Origin: Bacillota bacterium
Lineage (GTDB): Bacteria; Bacillota; Clostridia; Lachnospirales; Lachnospiraceae
Direction: 5' to 3'
Assembly: GCA_023393095.1 (NCBI GenBank)
Contig: JAEWMT010000101.1
Coordinates: forward strand, 6,583 to 70,582
Length of the DNA: 64,000 bases
In this document: positions 53,962 through 62,278 of the stretch, piece by piece
Layout of the letters: every line of letters begins with the position of its first letter
Position numbering within the stretch: the stretch's first letter is position 1
Notes under the pieces: generated by a model
The model's database searches: none
What the model saw: only the letters and a program-made list of their open reading frames with translations
Told to the model about the DNA's origin: nothing
Position numbers and translations under genes: made by a program

Positions 53962-54768
53962 ATGTTACCGGGAGCATATAGAGCTGTCAAGAAAAATGGT
54001 CAAGAATATTACAGAGCCAGCATCACTTTTCATGGGAAGCATATCAGCCTTGGAAGCTATGAAGAGGAGAGGGACGCTAATGAAGCTTACAGCCTTTGTG
54101 TCGAACTTCTTTCTAACAATTGTGTATGGACCATTGATGATTATCCTCCAGATTGTGTCCTGTCCTTTGATAAGTGGGTTGTATTGATTAATTATAGGGA
54201 CAACCATATTTATTTTAAAAACCCAATTTATTTAAAAAAACGATTCTTTCTATATTATATTGACCGGTTAACCTGCTTGAAATTCGATGTGGACGATCTA
54301 TTTTATTACGCTAATCATAAAATCATGAAACGGGGCGGTCATTACTTTGTATCCGATTATGGGATGCAGGTTAATATAGCGTCACGATATGGAATTAAAA
54401 ATTTTGCTGTCTTGGGAAGGGATTACAGGTTCATCAATGGTGATGATAAGGATTACAGCTATCATAATATCGAAATAATTAATCATTATCATGGGGTTAC
54501 CAAGGTATTTCATAAGGGCAACCCTCTCTATCTTACTAAAATACATATTAACGGCGATTATGTGATCGGACGTTACCAGACTGAAACAGAAGCAGCGATT
54601 GCCTATAACAAAGCTGCACTGATCTTAAAAAACCACGGTTTAGCAAAAAAATTTCCCCAAAACTTCATTGAGGGAATTAATGAGATAACCTATGCAGCCA
54701 TATTTCAGAAATTGAGAATTTCAAAAAAATTTCTTGTATATGCTGAAGCAATCTGCGCGGATCATTAG
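53962..54768 (+). CDS. AP2-domain protein with a degenerate HNH-like segment
   Basis: YRASITFHGKHISLGSYEEERDANEAY and YLTKIHINGDYVIGRYQTETEAAIAYN (AP2-like); RFINGDDKDYSYHNI between them; GGAGG RBS. Confidence 0.7.
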   Translation: MLPGAYRAVKKNGQEYYRASITFHGKHISLGSYEEERDANEAYSLCVELLSNNCVWTIDDYPPDCVLSFDKWVVLINYRDNHIYFKNPIYLKKRFFLYYIDRLTCLKFDVDDLFYYANHKIMKRGGHYFVSDYGMQVNIASRYGIKNFAVLGRDYRFINGDDKDYSYHNIEIINHYHGVTKVFHKGNPLYLTKIHINGDYVIGRYQTETEAAIAYNKAALILKNHGLAKKFPQNFIEGINEITYAAIFQKLRISKKFLVYAEAICADH

Positions 54769-54778
54769 GTGATACCCA

Positions 54779-55025
54779 TTGGGTGCTATAAGTCATACAT
54801 AAGGTAAACCAATGAATATGTGTGCAGATATATTCATATGATGAAGACCGTCTGAAAGCGGTTGCCTTTTCTTTCGTTTAAGACTCAGTAAAATGTGAGC
54901 AGCTGCGAGCATTTTATATTTCTGAGGCTTAATAAGAAAGATACCGCTTGATGGAAAGGCGAGTCATATGAATATATCTGCACATATATTCATCTCTTTA
55001 CATAAATCTGACTTATAGTACCCAA
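54779..55025. repeat. Rod-like palindrome, family A copy 2 with outer arms
   Basis: Outer IR TTGGGTGCTATAAGTCA/TGACTTATAGTACCCAA; core 54811..54994 colinear with 24627..24810. Confidence 0.95.
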
Positions 55026-55148
55026 GCCAATATGCATTTAATAATCCAATTTATTAACAATATTTTAATTTTTTGAAAAAAACTACCTTTTTTGAAATAT
55101 TGTGGTATAATATGTTTATATTTTTTCTTCTTCCGTTATCATAGTTCG

Positions 55149-55234
55149 CAAATTGAAGCCATCGGTTAATACCGCAAGCCTGATATACTTTCAAAGTGTA
55201 TTTGCTTGTTTGGGAAAATCGGTGGCTCAATTTG
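55149..55234 (+). ncRNA. Candidate structured RNA (unidentified)
   Basis: Long stem with internal loops and G.U pairs on the + strand; TGgTATAAT at 55103..55111 upstream. Confidence 0.35.
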
Positions 55235-55289
55235 TATTGCCAATCAATTCAGATTTACAATTATTCGATACCGTGGTAGAATACAATAT

Positions 55290-55647
55290 GTGAGTAGCAC
55301 AGATGGTCGCGCCTATTAATAGGTGAGGAAAGTCCGGGCTTCATAGGGCAGGGTGCCGGATAACGTCCGGTGGAGGCGACTCCAAGGCTAGTGCAACAGA
55401 AATATACCGCCAAATTAATTTGGTAAGGATGGAAAGGTGGCTTAAGAGACCACCGCACTGCTGGTAACAGCAGTGGCTATGTAAACCCCACTCGAAGCAA
55501 GACCGAACATAAAGCGATACGGCTGCCCGCCGTGCTTTAGGGTTGGTCGCGTAGTATCTGCGAAAGCGGATACTTGAGCTGTATGGTAACATGCAGTCAA
55601 GATAGATGACCATTAGATACAGAACCCGGCTTACAGTGCTGCTCATA
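55290..55647 (+). ncRNA. rnpB: RNase P RNA, bacterial type A
   Basis: GAGGAAAGTCCGGGCT, AGTGCAACAGAAA, GTAAACCCC, ACAGAACCCGGCTTA; P1 GAGTAGCAC/GTGCTGCTC; promoter TTTACA-17-TAGAAT. Confidence 0.97.
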
Positions 55648-55736
55648 CAAGCAAGACCAAGATTATAGATCTTTCGACAATATGTAAACATTAAGATTAT
55701 AATAAAGTCAATACAAAAAATGTTGGATATGTTAGC

Positions 55737-55788
55737 TGATGTGCCCACACAAAATTAGATTTAGGTCTAACTTTTAGGGGTCAGTTCA
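55737..55788. mobile_element. 52-bp element consisting of two IS3-like terminal inverted repeats
   Basis: TGATGTGCCCACACAAAATTAGAT-TTAG-GTCTAACTTTTAGGGGTCAGTTCA; TG...CA ends. Confidence 0.6.
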
Positions 55789-55821
55789 AACACATTCCAA
55801 CATTTTATTTTTATGATATCG

Positions 55822-55979
55822 GCGAAACTCATAAATTATAGATATTGTATCCAAGCAAATACTATTTCAGAGCGAAAGTTAAGTGTTAAAACACTTGGCC
55901 CGAAGGAAGCGTTGGAGCGGAGAACTATGTATCTGCTGTATATACAATTACAAAAACTATATCGTTTCGCAATCACCTA
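55822..55979. mobile_element. MITE-like element, family B copy 3
   Basis: GCGAAACTCATAAATT...GTTTCGCAATCACCTA; matches the reverse complement of 41215..41369. Confidence 0.88.
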
Positions 55980-56035
55980 AATTATAATAATAAAACTCAT
56001 TTATAACCCAACTCCCCCAGTACGATGTATAACGC

Positions 56036-56325
56036 TAATGCTTGATAAAATCAGCAAGTCACGCTTCATTAGAAACCATTAGTTCTGATATTTTTATTCT
56101 AGCGCCTATGTCAAGTTGGTCAATTCACTTATGGATTTAGAATATGGTTTAGGGATGAAAAAGAGCATGTTTGACGAGCAACGCGAGGAGTTTGCGCTTT
56201 TTCATCCCTGTCCTTACCATATGAGAAAGCCATTAGTGAATTCCAACTTTACATCGAAGCCAGAATGAAAATATCAGAGCTGATGGTTTCTTCATTACCC
56301 CAGAAGCTGATTTTATCAAGCATTA
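56036..56325. repeat. 290-nt rod-like palindrome (element F)
   Basis: Perfect 20-bp terminal IR TAATGCTTGATAAAATCAGC; nested stems; centre TGTTTGACGAGC-AAC-GCGAGGAGTTT. Confidence 0.92.
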
Positions 56326-56350
56326 TCAATCACTTTCCATATCTCCATTC

Positions 56351-58015
56351 TCACACCTTGAAGCAGCTTCCCCCAACAAATTCCTTTAAGATAGAATTCG
56401 GTGGAATAATCTCACTTGGAGTTCCTATAAAATAGTCAAGGAATTTCAACAATCGCTTTGCTTCCACGTACTCATCACAATTTCGGTCTATTCCAAAAAG
56501 AATCGGTTCCGCATACTGTTTCAAAACAGCAAGCTCATAAATCAGCGCTGAATTAAACATAACATCAGCATCTTCCTGGAAGGGGAAGATATTCTCATCC
56601 TCTCCCCTACGTACCGAAGGCCACATGGATATTGTTTTCTGCGCCGATGCTCCTCTGGTTCTGGCATCTCTCACCATTCTGCGAATCAGTCGTCCGTCGG
56701 TCGTCGGTATTCGATTGTGCTCATCAATATTTAATTGGGTCAGCGCACTAATATAGATTTTAAATTTACTTTCTCTTGGTAAGGAATACGATAAAGCATC
56801 ATTCAGTCCATGGATACCCTCAATAACTAGGATATCTTCCGGTCCTAAGGTTAGAAAATTACCCTTATACTCTCTTTTTCCTGATACAAAATTATAAAAT
56901 GGTATGTCTACTGTTTTACCATCCAGTAAATCAGTCATATCCTTATTAAATTGTTCCACATCAATTGCTTGTAGTACTTCAAAATTAAAATTACCCTGTT
57001 CGTCCCTCGGGGTTTTCTCCCTGTCAATAAAATAATTATCCACTGCAATAGGATGGGGCTTCAATCCATGTGCCTTCAGTTGAATACTAAGGCGGTAGGA
57101 AAAGGTGGTCTTACCCGAGGAAGACGGTCCCGCTATCATGATAAATTTCATTTTAGGAGAATTCTTGATGGAATTAGCAATTTCACTAATCTTCTTCTCC
57201 TGAAGAGCTTCTTGAACCAAGATTAGGTCATTCATTTTACCCTGAGCTATAATATCATTCAGAGCGGCTACGTTGGGTATATCAAGCATTTTAGCCCACT
57301 GATTCGATTCCCTCAAGGTTTCAAAGAGCTTCACCTGTGGAACAAAGGGTGCTACGACGGTAGGGTTTTTCTTGTTCGGTAAGAGTAGAAGGAAGCCTTT
57401 CTCATATGCCATTAAATCAAAATACTTTAACATTCCTGATCTCGGCGGCATATATCCATAATAATAGTCCTCAAAGCCCTCCAGATTGTAGATATTCGCT
57501 TTTGATACCCTGCGGTACCGGAATAATCTTTCCTTATCCTTCATTCCGTATCTATGGAAGAGCTCAATTGCATCATCCGTTCCGATACTTCGTTTCATAA
57601 TAGGAATATCCCGTTTTACGATTTCCTTCATCCTACTTTTTACCGCGTTAATACATTCTACACCAATCGGTACCTTCCCGTCATATTCACAGTAAAGTCC
57701 ATTTCCTACGGTATATTCCACTGATATCTTATTGACATTCTCAGCACCAAGTTCCTGATAAAAAGCCTTCAGCATTAAAAGTATCATACCGCGCATATAG
57801 GTCTTACTTCCGGCATCCTCTGCCACCGTAACAAAACGTATATTGCTTTTATCCACGGCACGTTTAAAAAGCTCTCTCAATTTATTATTTACAAACGCAA
57901 GAATAATCTGATCCCTAAAATTCTTCTGAAAGTCTTTGCTAATTTCTAATAGGGTTGTATTTTCCGGGTATTCATACTCCTTACCGTCAATTTTGACCTT
58001 AATATTTACACTCAT
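56351..58015 (-). CDS. Uridine kinase-like nucleoside kinase fused to ThrRS N-terminal-like domains
   Basis: N-terminal TGS/editing-like region (GNGLYC, DYYYGYM); P-loop AGPSSSGKTT, EGIHGLN, RRMVRD. Confidence 0.88.
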   Translation of the reverse strand: MSVNIKVKIDGKEYEYPENTTLLEISKDFQKNFRDQIILAFVNNKLRELFKRAVDKSNIRFVTVAEDAGSKTYMRGMILLMLKAFYQELGAENVNKISVEYTVGNGLYCEYDGKVPIGVECINAVKSRMKEIVKRDIPIMKRSIGTDDAIELFHRYGMKDKERLFRYRRVSKANIYNLEGFEDYYYGYMPPRSGMLKYFDLMAYEKGFLLLLPNKKNPTVVAPFVPQVKLFETLRESNQWAKMLDIPNVAALNDIIAQGKMNDLILVQEALQEKKISEIANSIKNSPKMKFIMIAGPSSSGKTTFSYRLSIQLKAHGLKPHPIAVDNYFIDREKTPRDEQGNFNFEVLQAIDVEQFNKDMTDLLDGKTVDIPFYNFVSGKREYKGNFLTLGPEDILVIEGIHGLNDALSYSLPRESKFKIYISALTQLNIDEHNRIPTTDGRLIRRMVRDARTRGASAQKTISMWPSVRRGEDENIFPFQEDADVMFNSALIYELAVLKQYAEPILFGIDRNCDEYVEAKRLLKFLDYFIGTPSEIIPPNSILKEFVGGSCFKV

Positions 58016-58151
58016 TCGTATCATCCCTCCTAAATATTTCAAATGATTTTTTATATAGTGAAAGACAGTCTAAAACTGTTATCTGAATTTATACGGTTTA
58101 TATGGGTTTAGATTCATTATTAAGCCTAAAACTGATTTTATATTTAATCTC

Positions 58152-58961
58152 CTACCCCATACTATCATAATACTTCAGCCCAATTTGGATCAGTTCCATC
58201 CTATCCTTGATTTCCTCTTGCCTTTGTGAAGAATTTTCTGATTGTCCTGCTGCTAGAGCTTTCAGTATCTCTTTGCATATTTCATAGTCCCATAGTAAAT
58301 ATTCTTTTAATATCGGGTTCTTCTGCTCCAATAACAGTTTTCCAAAGTAGAAATGTTCTTTTGTCGTAAGTAGATACTTTTTGTACTCTTTCTTCGTAAG
58401 CAAATACTTCTCATGTTCTTCTGTCGACAGAAGATGCTTCTTGTTATGTTCAACATCCCCGGTTGGCACTGCCCGCATCATAAAATAATATTTACCATCT
58501 TCCTTGACCATATCCTCCCTACTTATGATAAATCCATGGTCGGACAACATTTGTCTGACTTTATAAATCTCAGATTGGGGCTGGAGTATAAGTTCGTAGG
58601 TTGTATTCAGTACCTTTGGTTTACCGGTCAGGATTTGAACAGTCAATTCACCTCCCATACCGGCGATGATTATGGTATCTGCTTCTTTTTCCTTAAGCTT
58701 CTCGAGTCCGTCCGATCTTCTTACTTCAATTCGATCTTCCAGACCATATTTTATTATGTTATCCCGCGCCCTATCAATCGGTCCCTGGTTCACATCCATC
58801 GCTATGATATTCGGCGAAATACTGTTTTGTGCTAAATAGATTGAGGTGTAGGCATGATCACAGCCCACATCTGCGACACGGTTTCCCGGTGTCACAAGGT
58901 CTGCTACCGCCTGTAAACGTTTCGAAAGCTGCATATATTTCTCCATATCGTATATTTTCAT
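58152..58961 (-). CDS. trmK: tRNA (adenine22-N1)-methyltransferase
   Basis: LSKRL, VADVGCDHAY, IIIAGMGG, LILQPQS; downstream of sigA. Confidence 0.92.
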   Translation of the reverse strand: MKIYDMEKYMQLSKRLQAVADLVTPGNRVADVGCDHAYTSIYLAQNSISPNIIAMDVNQGPIDRARDNIIKYGLEDRIEVRRSDGLEKLKEKEADTIIIAGMGGELTVQILTGKPKVLNTTYELILQPQSEIYKVRQMLSDHGFIISREDMVKEDGKYYFMMRAVPTGDVEHNKKHLLSTEEHEKYLLTKKEYKKYLLTTKEHFYFGKLLLEQKNPILKEYLLWDYEICKEILKALAAGQSENSSQRQEEIKDRMELIQIGLKYYDSMG

Positions 58962-59020
58962 TATTTTACCACGCTTTAACCTATATTATCAATGCTTAAG
59001 TAAACCAACGGAAGAAAAAG

Positions 59021-59215
59021 GTTACTATTCACAGTAGGCTAAGCTCTCGGGCATGAACTTCCCTCACACACTAGTTGAAAGACACAGTACCAGTTTTGTA
59101 TGCCACAATCGTACAAGGATGTTCGCTTATGTCATACAAAACTGATATCATGTCTTTCAAATAGTGCATTACAGGAGGTTCATGCCCGAGAGCTTAGCTG
59201 ACTTTGAATAGTAAC
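59021..59215. repeat. 195-nt rod-like palindrome (element G)
   Basis: GTTACTATTCA/TGAATAGTAAC ends; inner GCTAAGCTCTCGGGCATGAAC perfectly complemented; TTGAAAGACA and CAGTTTTGTATG stems. Confidence 0.92.
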
Positions 59216-59267
59216 TGAAAAAGAGCAACTACAATCCGTAATTTGCGTCGCTCTTTTCTTCCTTTTA

Positions 59268-60365
59268 TTATTCGAGGTAATCCTTTAATTTACGGCTTCT
59301 GCTCGGATGTCTTAATTTACGAAGTGCCTTCGCTTCTATCTGTCTGATACGTTCTCTAGTTACATTGAATTCCTTGCCTACCTCTTCTAGGGTACGTGCA
59401 CGGCCGTCATCCAGACCAAAACGAAGTCTTAGTACCTTCTGTTCTCTTTCGGTAAGAGTTCCGAGTACCTCCACCAGCTGCTCCTTGAGTAAGGTAAATG
59501 CTGCGGCATCTGCCGGTACCGGTACATTATCATCTTGTATGAAATCACCCAGATGACTGTCCTCTTCCTCACCGATGGGAGTCTCTAAGGATACTGGCTC
59601 CTGGGAGATCTTCTGAATCTCTCTAACCCTTTCTACAGGCATATTCATTACTTCGGATATCTCCTCCGGTGATGGTTCCCTGCCTAATTCCTGAAGAAGC
59701 TGGCGTTGAACACGAGTTAATTTATTAATGGTTTCCACCATATGAACCGGAATACGAATGGTTCTTGCCTGATCCGCAATCGCTCTTGTGATAGCTTGTC
59801 TGATCCACCAGGTAGCATAAGTACTGAACTTGTAGCCCTTACGATAATCAAACTTCTCAACTGCTTTAATCAAACCAAGATTTCCTTCTTGTATTAAATC
59901 TAAGAACAACATACCTCGTCCCACATAACGTTTTGCTATGCTGACTACGAGACGCAGATTCGCTTCCGCCAGACGTTTCTTGGCGTAATCATCGCCTTCC
60001 TCCATCTTTCTTGCTAGCTCAATTTCCTCATCCGCATTTAAAAGCTGAACCTTACCAATCTCCTTTAGATACATACGAACAGGATCTTCAATATTAATGC
60101 CTTCCGGAATAGTCAAATCTATGGTTTCTAATTCTTCCTCATCATCAAGTATGATTTCCTCTTCTTCCTCTTCCTCCGAAATCCTGAGAACATCAACGTT
60201 GTGCTTTTCGAGGTAATCATATATTTTCTCGATACGCTGCGCATCCAATTCCATATCTGCAAAAAAGTCATTTACTTCTTGAAATTCAAGGACATTTTTC
60301 TTCTTCTCTGCAAATGCCAGCAATTCCTTCAGTCTCTCCGTAAACTTAATAATATTTTCGTCCAT
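59268..60365 (-). CDS. rpoD: Primary sigma factor SigA/RpoD
   Basis: [51 protein letters not shown]. Confidence 0.99.
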   Translation of the reverse strand: MDENIIKFTERLKELLAFAEKKKNVLEFQEVNDFFADMELDAQRIEKIYDYLEKHNVDVLRISEEEEEEEIILDDEEELETIDLTIPEGINIEDPVRMYLKEIGKVQLLNADEEIELARKMEEGDDYAKKRLAEANLRLVVSIAKRYVGRGMLFLDLIQEGNLGLIKAVEKFDYRKGYKFSTYATWWIRQAITRAIADQARTIRIPVHMVETINKLTRVQRQLLQELGREPSPEEISEVMNMPVERVREIQKISQEPVSLETPIGEEEDSHLGDFIQDDNVPVPADAAAFTLLKEQLVEVLGTLTEREQKVLRLRFGLDDGRARTLEEVGKEFNVTRERIRQIEAKALRKLRHPSRSRKLKDYLE

Positions 60366-60469
60366 AGATAATCCTTCCTTTTCAAACTCTTTTTATATTT
60401 TAACCATCATTTAATGAAATATGCAATTTATGCTGGTTATGGGCTTTCCTGTGTAATCTCATGCTGTGG

Positions 60470-62251
60470 TTAATTCGTAAATGGTAAAATTCTTCTCTTT
60501 AGTTCTTTCTTTTCTGTAATGATTTTCATAAGCAGCTGCGTATCATTGATTTCAATTGCCTTCTTACTCTGCTTGTCCAAACTGTATTCCTTCAGCTTGA
60601 ATACAGTATCATGTAGCGCCTTTAGTCTACCGGCCTCATCCATCTCACCTCGGATTCTAGCCGAGAACAATCCCGCCACCTCGGATTGCTCCTCCTTATT
60701 CTGAAAATAACTGATAATCTTCGCCGGGTTGACCTGGTGTTCTTTCTCATACTGTTCAAATACCAAGGCGGCTACTTCCTGATATATGCCATCAGCAAAA
60801 TCCTCCGGACCCAGAAAGCCTTTTATCTTCTCGAACAGGCTATTGTCTTCGATCAGCCAGGTAAGCATTAGCTTCTGGGATTTGGAAATTCCGTCCTCTT
60901 GTATTTTCTTTCCCTTCCCGGATTCATTATGATATTCCTTTGGTTCTGTTAGTCCCATGACCATCTGAGAACCAAACTTATTCACAAGTCTACGAAGCTG
61001 CTCTACATCAATCTGATATTCCTTTGCAACTGCATCAATATAAAAATTACGCTCCAGCTCTTCGCTGAATGTTATCAGTTTTTTAGCCGTTTCATGAAAA
61101 AATCTTGTCTTCTGCTCCGGATCCTGAAGGTTATATTCCGTCTGCAATATATCAATTTCAAAGAAGAAGCTACTCTTCGCTTCATTGATACGTTTCTGAT
61201 ATTCCTCTGCTCCTAGCGCCTTGATAAACTCATCCGGATCCTTATAAGGCTTCATATTCAGTACTTTTACTGTTAATCCTGCTTCTTTTAGGATGGGAAT
61301 CGCACGAAGAGTTGCTTGAATACCGGCACCGTCACTATCAAAGGTGAGTATTACCTCATTGGTATATCTCTTGATCAGATTTGCGTGAAACCCGGTAAAG
61401 GCTGTTCCAAGCGCAGCTACCGCATTGGTGAAGCCTGCCTGATGAAGGGCAATTACATCCATATATCCTTCACAGATTAACAGCTGAGTCTTCCTGGATG
61501 ATCTTGCAAAATTCAGACCATAGAGATTCCGGCTTTTATCAAAGATCATAGTTTCCGGAGAATTTAAATATTTTGGCTCGCCCTCTCCCATGACTCGGCC
61601 GCCAAATGCAATGACGCGGTGGTTAATGTCCATGATGGGGAACATAACCCGGTTCCAGAACTTATCATGGCCGCCGCGTTTCTCATCAATGGATATCAGC
61701 CCTGACTGCTTTAATAGACTGTCCTCATAACCCAGTCCTTTCAGATATTTGTACAGATCATCACTGTATTTATTCGAATATCCTAAACCGAACTGTTTTA
61801 CCATGTCTTCTGACAATCCCCTATGAACCAGATATTCATGTGCCGTCTTACCTCGTGATGAAAGCAGTTGATAATAAAAATACTTCGCTGCCTGCTTATT
61901 AATCTCCAGTATCTTACTTCTTAAATCCGACTGCCGCTTTGCTTCTTCCGAATATTCCTGTTCGGGAAGAGCAACGCCTGCACGTTCTGCGAGATGCTTC
62001 AAGGTATCCAAGAACGTATAGTTCTCATATTCCATAATAAAGGTAAATACATTCCCTCCAACCCCACAGCCAAAACAGTGATACATCTGTTTTGAAGCAC
62101 TGACGGAAAAGGAGGGTGTTTTCTCATTATGAAATGGACATAAGCCCATATAATTACTGCCTTTTTTCTGTAATTTTATGTAGGAGCCGATGACATTAAC
62201 GATATCATTCTTGCTTCTGATCTCTTCTACTAGCTCGTCCGGATAAAACAT
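60470..62251 (-). CDS. dnaG: DNA primase
   Basis: CPFHNEKTPSF, CFGC, KYLNSPET, EGYMDV, FDSDGAG. Confidence 0.98.
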   Translation of the reverse strand: MFYPDELVEEIRSKNDIVNVIGSYIKLQKKGSNYMGLCPFHNEKTPSFSVSASKQMYHCFGCGVGGNVFTFIMEYENYTFLDTLKHLAERAGVALPEQEYSEEAKRQSDLRSKILEINKQAAKYFYYQLLSSRGKTAHEYLVHRGLSEDMVKQFGLGYSNKYSDDLYKYLKGLGYEDSLLKQSGLISIDEKRGGHDKFWNRVMFPIMDINHRVIAFGGRVMGEGEPKYLNSPETMIFDKSRNLYGLNFARSSRKTQLLICEGYMDVIALHQAGFTNAVAALGTAFTGFHANLIKRYTNEVILTFDSDGAGIQATLRAIPILKEAGLTVKVLNMKPYKDPDEFIKALGAEEYQKRINEAKSSFFFEIDILQTEYNLQDPEQKTRFFHETAKKLITFSEELERNFYIDAVAKEYQIDVEQLRRLVNKFGSQMVMGLTEPKEYHNESGKGKKIQEDGISKSQKLMLTWLIEDNSLFEKIKGFLGPEDFADGIYQEVAALVFEQYEKEHQVNPAKIISYFQNKEEQSEVAGLFSARIRGEMDEAGRLKALHDTVFKLKEYSLDKQSKKAIEINDTQLLMKIITEKKELKRRILPFTN

Positions 62252-62278
62252 ATCGAACTCCTCCTATTTATATTAACA

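Noticed and set aside
55261..55748. Minus-strand ORFs of 65 and 135 aa
   Set aside because: Antisense shadows of the RNase P RNA
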